Part shown: in pieces, positions 12,601 through 26,423 of the stretch
How the letters are laid out: each line of letters starts with the position of its first letter
Numbering within the stretch: position 1 is the first letter of the stretch
Assembly (NCBI RefSeq): GCF_001194135.2
Contig: NC_069000.1
Location: forward strand, 18,447,464 to 18,511,463
Length of the DNA: 64,000 nucleotides
Source: Octopus bimaculoides
Taxonomy: Eukaryota
Direction of reading: 5' to 3'
The notes under the pieces: generated by a model
Databases searched by the model: none
Seen by the model: the letters and a program-made list of their open reading frames with translations, nothing else
What the model was told of the DNA's origin: nothing
Translations under genes and position numbers: made by a program

Positions 12601-13699
12601 TTAATGACAATTCTGTTGGGATTACTTTTAACCTGGGGTTGAATAAAAACAACACTGTATAAATACCATTTGAACAGAGAAACACATAAACATAACATAA
12701 ATAGGAACAAACAGTTATATATGTATCCCTGTAGTTATATTTATATCTTTGTGTGTGTTTGTAGTGAATCGTCATCATCATCATTTCATGTCTGTTGCCC
12801 ATGCTGGCATGGGTTGGACGGTTTGACCAGAGCCAGCAAGCTAGGGAGCTGCACCAACTTGCCAGCTCTTGTCAAACCATAGTATACATAATGTGCTTAT
12901 GCATCATTATGTATGTATATATACAGACATCTATTATAACATGACCATGCCAGTTAGATGAAATTGATACGAGAAAATATAGTTTGTATGTATCATCATT
13001 GTTTAAACATACACTTTTTTATGCTTACATGAGTCAATGCAAATTCCTTGAGTCAGATGTTCTTTATGACTAGACACTTTTTCTTTTGTGAATTTTCACT
13101 TTTTTTTTCCAAGCAAGGTAATATTTTCCTTTGTCCCTTAAACATGAATAATGCAATGACTGGACATATTTTCATGGATTACTGCAAACAAATGATATTG
13201 CTTGTATACTAATTATGTTTGCTTACAATTAATGTGTGTGGCCATACTGAATTATTTCTCATATCTCATTTTCATTTCATCTATGCAAATTATCAAGGCC
13301 ATAAATGGTTTCCATTCTTTACTCTCATCTGCAGAAGAATGTTTTCTACTCAAAGTGTTTCATCAACTGAAGAAACAGGACAATTGTTATACTGATGATG
13401 CCTATAGACATGGGTCCACAACTTTTCCCTTGTCTTAGGACAATCACAATTTTCTGCTTAATGGCATGTCAATTTTAGAGAATTTTTGAAATTATCTCCC
13501 TTCCTCATTTAAAGTTAGTACCAGTTGCCATCAAGCAACTTGGTCTACCATCTCTGGAAGTGGATATAATTTCATTAAATCAATTTATTTTGCATATTAT
13601 TTAATATGTCTATATTCATCTTTGTTACTCAAAAACACACCACTCACAGATCATTAATATGCGGATGGACAGACAGATGGCTGTTTGTTTGTATGCATG

Positions 13700-14119
13700 T
13701 GTAGGAAAGTGGTTATACACCATTAGGTGTACTCTGCTTTTGTACATTAAATTTCTTGAAGAAACAACGGAACGCAGATCTGAACAACACAACAATATTT
13801 ATTTACAGTGGAATTCGGCTCACGCTTGGAGGGAATTTGGTAGCTCGTCGCCTCTGGTTACTGAGACGCCGTCAATGAAGTTCGTGGTTATTTGTGTAGC
13901 TCTAGTGCTGGAATGTTGGAGAGAACTCTGAGGGACGTCTAGGCTCGACGGAGATCAGCGAACGAAGAGAGTGAGAAAAGGCGCCAAAGCTGGGTGTCGA
14001 ACTCCACGCATGCGCATGAGATTCTTCCTGTATTCCTTCCGGAACTAGTCCCTGCGCATGCGTGGATAAAACTCCGGACATTGAACATATAACAGTCGTC
14101 TGCTATAGGTGTCACTACA
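13700..14119 (-). mobile_element. Solo LTR (Gypsy-like), 420 bp
   Basis: TGTAG...CTACA termini, 4-bp TSD CATG (13696-13699, 14120-14123), AATAAA on the minus strand at 13803-13798, and a GC/CpG-rich interior unlike the flanks. Confidence 0.75.
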
Positions 14120-14256
14120 CATGTATCTGTTAGGTTTCTTTCAATTGCTGTTCACCAAACTCATTTGCTCTGTCCAGTGCTATAATAGAAAACACTTGTT
14201 CAAGGTGCCACAGTTGAATTAAACTCAACTGGTTGGGAAGCAAACTTCTTAACCAC

Positions 14257-14845
14257 GGCACATAAAATATACCATTTGAGTATGGTCGTTGCTAGTGCTG
14301 CCTGACTGGCTCCTGTGCCAGTGGTATGTAAAAAGCACCATTCGAGCATGGTAGTTTCCAGTACTGCTTGAGTGGCTTCCATGCTGGTGACACATAAAAA
14401 GCAACATTCGAGCATGGTCATTTCCCAGTGCCGCCTGACTGGCTCCCGTGCCAGCAGCACGTAAACAGCAGCATTCGAATATGGTTGTTGCCAGTACCAC
14501 CTGATTGGCCCCATGCTGGTGGCATGTAAAAAGCACCATTCGAGTGTGGTTATTGCCAGTGCCGCATGACTAGCCCCTGTGCCAGTGACGTGTAAAAAGC
14601 ACTATTCGAGCATGGTCAATGCCAGTACCATCTGACTTGACCCCATGCCAGTGACACATAAAAAGCACCCACTACACTCTCAGAGTGGTTGGCGTTAGGA
14701 AGGGCATCCAACTGTAGAAACCTTGACAGATCAGATTGGAGCCTGGTGCAGCCTCCTGACTTGCCAGTCCTCAGTCAAACCATCCAACCCATGCTAGCAT
14801 GGACATGGAAAGTGGATGTTAAACGACGACAACGATGATGATGAT
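14257..14845 (+). mobile_element. Retroposon with six ~65-bp internal tandem units and RTE-like (GAT)n 3' tail
   Basis: Units begin with variants of GGCACGTAAAAAGCACCATTCGAG and the tail reads GTTGGCGTTAGGAAGGGCATCC...GTTAAAC(GAT)n. Shorter relative at ~59740-60090; tail-only copies at ~780-985, 12770-12880, 26850-27050, 27770-27960, 37660-37860, 41090-41400, 56820-57010 and 61550-61680. Confidence 0.8.
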
Positions 14846-14859
14846 ACATATATATATAT

Positions 14860-15230
14860 ATCAATTTTGTTTTTCATCCTTTTGTAGGGGATAAAACAAG
14901 TACCAGTTGAGTACCAGGATCAATGTAATTAACTTCACCCCACTCCTTAAACTGCTGGCCTTGTGCCAAAATTTGAAATTATCATCATCATCATTATTAT
15001 TTGAAGGTGGCAGAATCAATAGTACACCGGGCAAAAAGCTTAGCGGCATTTCATCTGTTTTTGCATTCTGAGTTCAAATTCTGCTGTGGTTGACTTTGCC
15101 TTTCATCCTTGTCAGGGTCAATAAAATAAGTACCAGTTGAATACTAGGGTCGATGTAATCAACTTACCCCTACTCTGAAATCACTGGCCTTGTGCCAAAA
15201 TTTGAAACCATCGTTATTATTATTATATGT
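14860..15230. mobile_element. Second abundant tRNA-derived SINE family (GGCCTTGTGCCAAAATTTGAAA-(ATT)n tail), two adjacent fragments
   Basis: Shared core GAGTTCAAATTC...CTTTGCCTTTCATCC...AAGTACCAGTT. Further copies at ~20320-20560, 21730-21940, 24510-24740, 30100-30330, 52780-53000, 57740-58110 and 59060-59410. Confidence 0.8.
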
Positions 15231-16351
15231 ACACATACACGCACACTTACAAAGAAAAGCAACATAGCTGTTTCTATACACACATACATACACATTTATA
15301 AATAGCATTATTGTAACTTACTGAGATTTAGAAAATCAGATAAGTTAGAACTCATTTTACTATTCACTTTACATGCAGTAGGTGCCCATAGGTATTATTT
15401 TCCCAGTTATTCTTTTAATATATCCTGCCACTCAAGATAATTCACTTAACTCCTATATCTACCCTGACCATTGACAGTAACGTTGAAACTATATACTTCA
15501 ATAAGCTCTAATAATACTGAAAAATATTCAGAATATCACTGTCCTGACTAATATGGCACCAATTTTATTTAATTTATTCGAATTTGTTTAACAATAAGAA
15601 ATTCTTATTGTTTTCCCTTACACCACACTATATATTCTATATGTATTGCAAAATAATACATTACGGAGCTTTTTTTTATGAATACTACTGGATTGCTTGA
15701 GTCTATATATTGTGACTTAAATACATATATATATACACACACAGTGCAAGCAACTATGTGGTACTAATTCCAGTCCCACTGTGCAGCACATTGAGCAGGT
15801 ATCTTCTTGTATTGCACTGGGCCGACTGATACCATGTGAGTGAAGTTAGTGGATAGAAACTCATTATGTATGTATACATACATACATACATACAGAGATA
15901 TACATACACATATTTTACATCCTTACAAAGCAGTGATAATCAAAATACAGGTGTATATTTACTTTTTACACACTCCTGTTAAGAATGCAAAAAGCACTTG
16001 GTACAGGGTTGTTTCAGAAATAAAATTTGCTTTTAGTAGACTTATGTATGCAAAGACACATCAAACTGAGCCAGGAACAGTGTTGACAAATCACCAAACA
16101 AAACTCCTGTGCCAAATGCCTCTCATTCTGTACACATTTTTATCTTGATCCTTGCTACATTGTGTACATATACTAAATTCCAGATTGGCAAGCCAAGTGT
16201 AGCATGGACCAACAAACATACTGATTGCTAGTTTACACACACATATACATTTTTGTCAAGGAACAAAAGTTACGGCTTGGTTTTAAATGACTAAAAAGGC
16301 AAAATTACATCAAAGCAATCAGCTGACATTATTTGGAGATTAGCTCAACAC

Positions 16352-16383
<32 letters not shown>

Positions 16384-16435
16384 GGTAGGTAGGTAGGTAG
16401 ATGAGGACAGCATACTTCTGTATGCAAAAGGCATT

Positions 16436-17321
16436 CACTGTGGTATTTTGTCTTTAACCCTGGTGGAACAAAATCCAATCATGACTGTTGAGGAACTAGC
16501 AGAGAAACTTGGAATTGGTCATTCAACCATTTATCAACACCTGCATGCCATCAGAAAAGTTAGAAAATTGGGTCAATGTGTTCGTCACAAACTTTCTAAG
16601 TCTAATCACACATAGAGAGTGAATATGTTCTCTTCTTTGCTATCACGTCTCATGAATGAACCTTTTTTGGGGCTGAATAATGACTGGTGACAAAGAACAG
16701 GTTTTCTATAAAAATATGACGTGTTGAAGACAGTGGGTAGGGAAAGGAGAAACACAAGTACCCCAGGCTAAACAAGGTCTTTATCCATATAAGGTGTTAT
16801 CTGTTTGGTGAAGGTTTAGTCCACTTTGAACTTTTAAACTTAAACCAAATGACAACAAAGGAGATCCACTGCAAGGAGCTGGAGTGGCTTAAGTCAGCAC
16901 TAGAAGAAAAATTACCATCTTTGGTTTCAAGACGAAAGGTGTTCTTCCATCAGGATAATGCTCGGCCACATACAGCAAGGATGACATTCTAAAGGCTGGA
17001 GCAGTTTGAATGAGAAACGATGCCCCATCCACCATATTCACTAGACATTGCCCCAATCTGATTATCACTTATTCCGCAGTCTTCAAAATCATTTGGATGG
17101 AAAAAGTATGAATTCTGTAGACAAGGTCAGAACAGCACTGGAGGAGTATTTTTCATCACAGACAAGTGGATTTTGGAAGAGGGGCCTTGCAAATCTACCA
17201 GATAGATAGAACATTGTAGAAAATGAAGGAGAGTATATTTTAGATTAAAAGAGAACTTTATCTTAATTTTGAAAAAGAAAAAAGTGTAAAAAAACCACAT
17301 TATTTATGGGATGATCCAATA
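16436..17321 (+). mobile_element. Degraded mariner (Tc1/mariner) transposase relic, 5'-truncated, with 3' TIR
   Basis: Frameshifted motifs: HTH (TVEELAEKLGIGHSTIYQHL), MTGD, FHQDNARPHT, HPPYSLDIAP.SDYHLFRSLQNHL. Ends ATTATTTATGGGATGATCCAATA followed by TA. Confidence 0.88.
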
Positions 17322-18896
17322 TATATATATACATATATAAACACACACACACACACACACACACACGTGGCACTCACACCAGTGAGATCAGTGATATTCA
17401 GCCAGTTAATTTTGCTGTATAAAGGTCATTGTAGTTGCAGCATATATAAAGCAGGGCTGTGTTTTAGTAATATTCAACAAGCATGTTTCGGGGAATAGAA
17501 GGCATTATAGTAAATGTATAAGAGTAAGAATTGTGGTGGTGTGTAACAGTGATAGTTATTGAACTAATTCAGAAGTGATATAAAGAAGTCAGATGGAGAC
17601 AAGATGCAATACCATGTTGATCTTACAACCCATATTGTGGACTTTACTGTCAGAGATGAATTATGAGGATTTTGCAATTTCTTGCTGAATAGCCAGCACA
17701 GATTTGTTTATAATGATCAAATATTTGTGGTGTACATTAGCTCTCTCTCTCCCATTAAATCGACACGGCCTGTACAGGTGCACAATGTGCCACAAGTCAG
17801 ATGAAGTGATGGCAGAGCAATGCACGTTGAAGTGTTGTACTCAAGAACAAAACACGGTACCCAGTTTTAGAAATAGAAACTACAATCTTGCAATCATAAG
17901 TGCAACACCACAAACACTAGGCTATGATCTCTCAGTCAAATGATACTATAGATGCAGGCATGGCTGTGTTGTAAGAAGCTAGTTTCCAAACCACATGGTT
18001 CTGGGTTCAGACCCATTGTGTGACACCTAGGAAATGTCTTCTATTTTAGCCTTTTGAGTGGATTTGGTAGGTAGAAACTGAAAGAGGCATGTATGTGTGC
18101 ATGTGTATTTGTATCTCATCACTGCTTTTGGTCTGTATACTTCCTTATAACTCAGCAGTTTGGCAAAAAGAGACCAACAGAATAAATACCAGACTTCAAA
18201 AAAAAAAAAAAGTTCTTGGTGGTGTTCTTCAAGGCAGTGCCCCAAACTGCTGTCCTCATTCACTAATAAACTAGCAGTTAATCTCAACCAAAATTAATCC
18301 ACCAAATTATTCTCAGTTATTTTTAAGCTTTCAAAATAAGCTTCATTCACTTTCACACATATTTACACAACCTCTTAACCATTTTTTTAATCCATCTTCT
18401 AAATTGTTCAGTGCTGAATTGAACACTGCCCAAATCTCTCATCTCATCATCAGTCTAATGACTGAAACAGAGAAAAGATAGACAGGTAACTATAATAAAG
18501 TTAAACAACCATCAATAGACAAATTAACAATTTTTTTTCCCTTTTTATTTTTAATTCAAATAAAAATACAGTCACTTTTTTTGTTCTTGGTTATAAATAC
18601 TGAATCTTTACACCAAAAATTTAAATCATATTGTTTTTTTTTTTTCAATTTTATTTTACAAAAAACATGTAAATGATAACTACACTCTTGAATTACAAGT
18701 GTATAGTGTATGTGATAAACAAGATTATATAGCCATACCTAAAGGTTTCATGCAACCAGATTTCATTGGTAGACTATAAATCAGTGAGCTGAAAATGAAA
18801 GTTTCATGGTCACATGCATACACATACATGTGTGTGTGTGTGTATGGATGTATACAATAAGTGTGTGTGCTGTGTGCACATAAGTGAGACATTGAG

Positions 18897-18954
<58 letters not shown>

Positions 18955-21900
18955 AAATACTATAAAAATACATGTAATTAAATGAAATGCATATAATGCA
19001 CTTTAAAAAGGTCTTCAAAAAGTAATTCGGAAAATACTTTGATCATATGCAAATATATGTATGCGTTTGTGCACGTTTTTTTTGTGTGTTTTTTGTCTGT
19101 CAGGAATTCAGAGAAAATAAAATGTATCCGTTTTATTTTCACATTAAAAATTTTATGAAACAAGAAGGCACCAAGATTGTAAGGTGTGTGTGTGTGTTTG
19201 TGTGCATATGAGTTTTATTTTACCAAATGAGTTCTCTTTTGTTGTTTTTATGTTCTGCAATATTTTAATAAATTCAAATATTAGCAGATGCAATTGTTTG
19301 AAGTAATATATATATATATTATTTTTTGCCTAATTAGTTTGATGCTGCCTTCTTTTATAATAATTCATGAAGTGAAAATGAAAACACTTGGTTTATGTTT
19401 TTTTGCGGGGATTGGTAAAGGCAACTAAAAAATATGTTTAGGAATCACAAAAAAAAAATGATAGCTGCCATCTGTATGAAAAACAGACAAGTTAATGTTA
19501 TAATATTTAACCTTCCCTTGAATATATTTCTAGTGAAATTAATAATGAATTTGGAGGGATTCAATAAAAGAACACTTTCATTGTTAAGCTGGTGTTGGAG
19601 ACAAAATATTTTTACCACACACACACACGTGTGTGTGTGTGCATATATATAGATAAAATTCTTTAAGTAGAACTCATTTATTTATTTTAGGCAGATGATT
19701 AATTCCATCAATACCCAGAGTTTCTCAACGAATGCAATCATTTAAGAAAAACTTGTTACATTATTGCACTTTGTCAGAAACTTAATAGTGACGAAGTGAA
19801 TCATTAGTTTAATAAAAATTATATATTACACGCACACAAAATATATCTATACACACACACGTGTGTGTGTGTGCATATACATGTGTGTACATGTCTAGAC
19901 ATAACAATGATATCAAACACTCAAAAGTACCGATTGACAAAGTATCAGCCATCAATATATTTTAGCTTGTTAACATATGTGTACGAGTGTAGACCACATA
20001 GATATTGAAAAAGAAAAATTAATTTGGGAGCAATTTTTAAAGCTATATAAAGACTATAGCAGCCCTGTAGTATTGCAAAAACTTAAAACAAATAATAATT
20101 TCTGCAGCCAGGCAGCAAACCTGTAAGAGTAGCAAAGACAATAATAACAAAAAAAAATGCCACCTGTCATGTATTTAAAAATGAAACAATTGCATTATTT
20201 ATTAAATTTGCCCTCATAACTCAGTAAACATAAAGTTATAAAAAAATAAAAAGTGGTTTATTATAACATAATAGTAACTGTTAACAAACTTTTATTAGTT
20301 TTGCCCACTGCTAATAATAATAATAGGCACAAGTCCAGAAAATTTAGGGAAGGAAACAGTCAATTATATCAACCCCAGTACGTCACTGGTACTCAGAAAC
20401 TTAAGAGCTAAAATTGACCTCAGTGGAATTTTAAAGTAGAATGTAAAGAACCAGAAGAAATGCTGCAAAGTATTTTGTCCAATATTCTAACGATTCTACT
20501 AATCCACCACCTTTCCAAAAATAATTCTTTGTAATATAGGCACAAGGCTAGCAATTTTGCTGGTTGGAGATTCGTTAATTTTAATTGGTCCAGTCCATGA
20601 CTGGCACTTAATTTTACCAAATCTGGAGATATGAAACGCAAAGTTAACCATGGCAAAATCTGAACCCAGAACAATAAATTCACTACTTTATAATTAATTT
20701 CAAAGATTGGCACAAGGTCATAAAATTCAGTGACAGCAAGAAACAACCAATGCAACTGACCCCCCCCCTACTCCCACCCACATCAACCCTGAAAGGGTAA
20801 AAAGCAAAAGCCAGCCTTGGTAGCATTTGAACTCTGATCATAATCATCATTTAATGACCATATTCCATGCTGGCATGGGTTGGACTAAAAGATACCACAA
20901 AATTGACTTTTTACTGCCTTTCACAACAGTAACAATTTTTAAAACAGGCCCACAACAATTAAGGAAAGGGGTATAGTGGATTTTTATTGATTTCCACTCC
21001 AACAAAAAGAGGAGAATCAGAGGAGGATCTGAAATCAGAACACAAAGAGACTCATCTCACTAAGGCATTTTATCTGATGCTCAATTCTACCAATCCAATA
21101 ACAATCTCTCACATTTGCAACAGTCACTAATTCGAAGTAAGTTAGCGTTTACTGGGCTGGACAGTATATTATTGGTGCTTGTTTTTTATTCCTACCATGG
21201 CACCAACACCATAATCACAACACAATTCAACCCTCTTGACTGTCGTTGTGATTGCCATCATCATTAACATCGTTTTTACATCCATGTTTTCCATGCTAGC
21301 ACAGTTAGGAAGGGATATTTTTTTGAGGTAGTGTTTTCTGGCCAGATGTCCTTTCTGATACAAAACGTTTTAGTCACTTTTTACAACACTCTGGGATAAA
21401 GTGTTCCTATTTTAAAAACCAAAGATACACTGAACATTTTTACTGAAATTACATTAAAACCTCCATTACATAGTAGTTAAGGTTATATGGAGCAAACTCC
21501 TTAACCACATGGGTGAGTATGTTTTACAAGTGATATATATATATATGTTCATATGATGATATCTCCACAATGTGTTGATGAGATAAACATGTAATCGCTA
21601 CCAAAATATCAAGAGATTTCTCCCCAAAGGTCTATAGTAGACTCCTTATGGATCGATCTCCTTGGTTCTATATCAAAAATTTAAATGAGAGTTTTGATAT
21701 ATATATATAGTAGTTAGTAATTATGCATTAGCAGTCATGCAGGGCAAAATGCTTAGCAACATTTCGTCTGTCTCTACATTCTGAGATCAAATTCCACTAA
21801 GGAACAACTTTGCCTTTCATCTTACCAGGGTCAATAAAATAAGTTACCAGTTGAGAACTGGGGGCCCAATGTAATTGATTTGCCTCCTCCCGCAAACTTG

Positions 21901-22354
21901 CTGGCCTTGTGCCAGAATTTGAAACCAATAATTAATTAGTAGTATTAACATTGCATCTCCTGAGTAATAATAGGACTTGAAATGTTTCTCAAATAATTTC
22001 TAACATAAACAGAACCATACTTCAGTCATTCTTTATTTCATTGATCCTTGAAGGAAGAAAGGCAATGTTGACTTTAGCAATATTTGAACCCAGAACATAA
22101 AAAAAGGCTGCAAGGCATTTAATGTGATGCTTTAGTAATTCTACCAATCTGCCATACTGAGAAATAATAATTACAAGTAAAAATAAATGAAAGATAAAGA
22201 AAAAGTAAAATGAATAATTAAAACTGTGATGACATGGGTGGAATATTTTGTGATCTATGTGGTATTTTAAACCCTGAGAGTGAGCAGTATGATTCCCTTG
22301 GATGAGGACAATGGTAAAGACATCTTGACAATGTCTTTAATAAGATCCCTTTTC

Positions 22355-22409
<55 letters not shown>

Positions 22410-22677
22410 GAAGAACCACTTTTCACCATTACCATCACTGCTCTATACCTACCATTGGAAAAGAGATATTGAAATGGTGAAGAGGAAGAGGAGCATACAA
22501 ACCTATTTATAAAGATAGGAATGAACATTTATATGGAATGGTGTGATAACTGTGATGATGACAGTGAGAATAGTGGTGGTGATGGTAGTAGTAGTTGTAG
22601 TAGTAGTAATAGTAGGCATAAGTGGCTGTTGAAGATATGTTTTAAGAGGTGAAGAGAAGAGACAAATGCCTGAGGTA

Positions 22678-22829
22678 TCAGTAGAAGTGGGTGGCTGAAG
22701 ATGCAGCAGTAGCATGTGGGGGTAGCAGAGGAACATCGAAGAAATCACAGACGCCTTCACTATCATCCAAATGGAAATGGTAATCCCTCTCACTAGGTGG
22801 AGGACTTAGATGCAACAAAGGTTCCAAGC
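22678..22829 (-). CDS. E2F4/5: E2F4/5-like copy A, last coding exon ([50 protein letters not shown])
   Basis: Pocket-protein-binding motif matching E2F4 LSPPPGDHDYIYNLDESEGVCDLFD. Poly-T CACAG acceptor ends at 22830; TGA at 22680-22678. Confidence 0.95.
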
Positions 22830-24039
22830 CTGTGAAAAAAAAAAGGAAAAAAGAGAAAAATCCCATTTTATTCATGATTTGGATTAGATCTTTAAATTTC
22901 AATTTCAAAGTTTTGCTAAAACAGCTAGTTGTTGTGCAACCCCAGGTAAGACCACAGGTAGCAGATCTATGTTCAAAAGGCATTCGTGTTGGGATAATCC
23001 TATCATTTTCTAACTTTTGTGTTTACTTAGGACTACATGAAAACCGGATAAGATTTGAGAGAGATTTAGCTGCTACTTGTAGCAAATCAAGTAATTGCAT
23101 AGAGGCTCCATCAATGGTTCGATATGGCTATGGCATTGAGGATGTTTTCTAACAGTTCTGCATAATGTCATAAAAACCAGCAACAAGAATTATGAAGAGT
23201 CAAATTTTTGAAGGAAAATTACCAATTAGGAACTACTCCTATCCACATAGAAATGCAACAGTCAAGTCAATTGACCTGCTGGAAATTGCAGCCAAATATC
23301 CCTCTCTTCATATCATACCATAAACAAAGAATATATTGGATAATGAAGTTGTAAATGTTTGATGTTTGAAAGAAAGAGAAGATGGTCACAACTGAATTGA
23401 TTTTGATCATCTCAGGGCTGCTCAATCAAGACAGTTGACATGAGGCTGAACAACAACAACAAAAACCATCAAACACACTAACCCTACCACAAATTTTGTT
23501 GCTTATATTTTAGTTATCAATATTCTTCTCTGTCAGAACCCCAAGAGAGAGAAGAAAGTGGTCCACTGAACTTTTAGTTAAACAATACATTAGTGATTTT
23601 GTCAGCTACAAGCCTACCTGTTAGACTACAAGGTGTTGGGGCTAAATTTGATGATTGATCATTCAGAGAAGAGGAAAGGGCAGTGATCCACTCATTATCT
23701 TTCATGCTTAGAGAGAGGGATGGTGACCCACCCACCTTTTACCATACTGACCAATTAGAGACGAGGAGCAGACACATGGTGACCTACTCACAATCTAATG
23801 TGCTAACCAGAAGAAAAGGGACAGTGTGACTTATAAAGCCTTTATCTGTTGACCAAATCAGAGATTGGAGAGGGGCCCACAAACCCACTCACCCTCTATT
23901 GTGACTGATATATAAAAAAAGAGCAAGAGACAGTGACCCTCCCATCATCTATTTGCTGACCAACAAAAAGGGAGGAGACATGCATTGACCCACCCATCAG
24001 CAACAATTATAAATAAGTATTAATTAGAAACAAACAAAC

Positions 24040-24084
24040 CTTCAGCTGAGATGAAGCCAAAATCATCAATGAATTCTTTACCAC
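24040..24084 (-). CDS. E2F4/5: E2F4/5-like copy A, exon 8, 45-nt small exon (SGKEFIDDFGFISAEG)
   Basis: TTCTTACTTTCAG acceptor, G|GTTTGT donor at 24039, phase 1/1. Aligns with the E2F4 ELLEELMSSEV segment that precedes PLLRLSPPP. Confidence 0.8.
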
Positions 24085-25281
24085 CTGAAAGTAAGAAGTG
24101 AAAATGGTTTTAGATGGAAATGTGAGATAAGAATTATGATAGGTATGGCAACATGTAGTATTGGTGGTGGTGATAGTGGCAATGGCAGTGGACACACATT
24201 GTAGTGAAGGTATGTGATAGTGGTAATGGTGTTTGTTTAATCCCAAATTAAACCTGATCATGTAGAGCTAGAGGCCTACAATTAAAAACATTTCAACTTT
24301 GACACTTTCATTAATTCAAGTTTTCGTATATTTCTTAAAAACAATAGATTGGATGTTCCATGAGAATGATTTGGTTAATATTAGGTTGAGGAAAAATTTT
24401 GTGCGCTGTGTTAAAATAACGCTTTTTTATATATTTTTGTGGTGTGTGTATTCATTCAGTTAATTATTTTAACACAGAACACAAACTTTTCCCTCAACCT
24501 AGTATTTCCAGCAGGTAGGTAGCATGCTGGTAGAATCGTTAGCATCCCCTGCCAAAATGCTTAGTGGCATTTTGTCCATCTTTATGTTCCGAGTGCAAAT
24601 TCTGCCAAAGTCATCTTTGCTTTTCATACTTCTAGGGTCAATAAAATAAGTACCAGTTGAGCACTGTGGTTAATGTAACCGACTTACTCTCTTCCCTGAA
24701 ATTGCTGGCCTTGTGCCATAATTTGAAGCCAATATTTTTAGCAGGTATTTGGTTCATGGTTGTGTTGTAGGAAGTGGCGTGTGACATCAGATGGGAGCAT
24801 TATAGTGGCGTAGCTGATGTTACAGTACAAGTGTGTAGCATTATTAGTGAGGAGGGGTAGAAGAGTTTAGCTCTATAGGAGATTTTCTAAGAAATTATTT
24901 AGTTCCAGGTCAGCTTCCATCAGGCAAAACCATGACAAACAAAAATCAAGCCACGACCACCACATCTGGATTTCAGATATTGTGAATTCCAACGGAATTA
25001 TCTACCATGTTAACCTTTATCAAGAGTAACTTGAAGAAAATTTAGCTACTATTTCTAACAGTTCAAGAAAAAACACTGAAGTTAACATATTTGCTTGTTA
25101 GAAGCAAGAATGTTGTAGGGGTTGCATGGTTAGAAGTGTGTTTTATGGATGGGATCTTTAGTAATTGTGGTGGCTGGATGTCTGTAATACTGGTGAGAAC
25201 ACTGCAAAGAGTGTAACAGAAAAAGCAAAAGACTGAAAGTGTGGTGTGTAGCAAAAGTAACAGACGAAGTGTAATACTTAC

Positions 25282-25368
25282 TAAATGAAGGTTTTGTACT
25301 GTTGAAAAGTAGATCATTTGTGAGGTTATCAGTAATGTTGGAACTGGTGAATTGACTGTTGGTATGAG
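25282..25368 (-). CDS. E2F4/5: E2F4/5-like copy A, exon 7 (PHTNSQFTSSNITDNLTNDLLFNSTKPSF)
   Basis: TTTATTTTGCAG acceptor, GTAAGT donor at 25281, 87 nt, open in phase 1/1. Supported by splice signals and frame only. Confidence 0.7.
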
Positions 25369-25828
25369 CTGCAAAATAAAGGAAATCAAGGTTTTGTGAA
25401 GAATCAATTTCCTAAAAAAATCATCATGTAAAAGATATTCTTTTATTTGTTCCAGTCATTTGACTGTGGCCATGTTGGAACACCGCCTTTAGTCGAACAA
25501 ATCAACCCCGGGTCTTATTCTTTGTAAGCCTAGTACTTATTCAATCCGTCTGTTTTGCCAAACCGCTAAGTTACAGGGATGTAAATACACTAACATTAGT
25601 TGTCAAGCGATGGTGGGGGGGGGGATACAAACACAGACACATGAACATATATATGATGGGCTTCTTTCAATTTCCAGCTACCAAATCCATTCACAAGGCT
25701 TTGGCCAGCCTGAGGCTATAGTAGAAGACATTTGCCCAAGGTGTCACGCAGTGGGACTGAGCTTGGTACCATGCGGTTGGTAAGCAAGCTACTAACCACA
25801 CATCCACTCTTGCGTCTATATATGTATG

Positions 25829-25865
<37 letters not shown>

Positions 25866-26329
25866 TTTACATTCTGAATCCAATTCAAATTCTGGCAATG
25901 TATTATAGAAAAACTAAGTATTAGTTCAGTAGCGATTTTGATTTTAAAAAGTGTTTGCTATGTGCATGTGTTAAAAATAATTATTTAATGGTTAACTGAA
26001 ATTATCACTTATATATATATATTATTATGAATTGACATGTTTGCTGGCTGAAGCAGATAGGATAGGCTACACTGCTCGTTTGTTATAGAAATCATTTTTG
26101 GAGAAGGAGAAAAAAAATCACAGGACAGGAGGGACAAAGAGGGAGAATAAGGCAAAAGAAATGGCGAAAATTGGAGGGAGAGAAAAAGGGATGAAAAAGG
26201 AGAAAGCGAGAGAACAGAAAAATGAAGGAGAGAGAGGGAGAAAGGAAAGCAGATAAAAAGAGAGAGGGTGAAAAAGAGAAATGAAAAGACAGACAAGCAG
26301 AAAGAGTAAAAAACTCAAAGATAACATAC

Positions 26330-26423
26330 GTAATATATTCGTATAGGGTTGAGACATTTTGCGTGGTGATGATCGTGTGGTCATTCGGTTCACAGGTGAA
26401 AGAGGTGTTTTCAGAGGAGATTT
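26330..26423 (-). CDS. E2F4/5: E2F4/5-like copy A, exon 6 (KSPLKTPLSPVNRMTTRSSPRKMSQPYTNIL)
   Basis: TTTTTCAG acceptor, GTATGT donor at 26329, 94 nt, phase 0 to 1. Keeps the frame between exons 5 and 7. Variable region, so there is no homology support. Confidence 0.75.

Noticed and set aside
14257-14650. CRISPR-like or tandem tRNA array; real tRNA genes at SINE heads
   Set aside because: Eukaryotic retroposon context, no unique spacers, and the tRNA-like heads lack a complete cloverleaf and continue into SINE bodies.
23120-23160. Minus-strand ELLENILNAI peptide after a CAG, resembling E2F4 ELLEELM
   Set aside because: No donor follows and the frame hits a stop. The 24040-24084 exon fills this position with correct phases.
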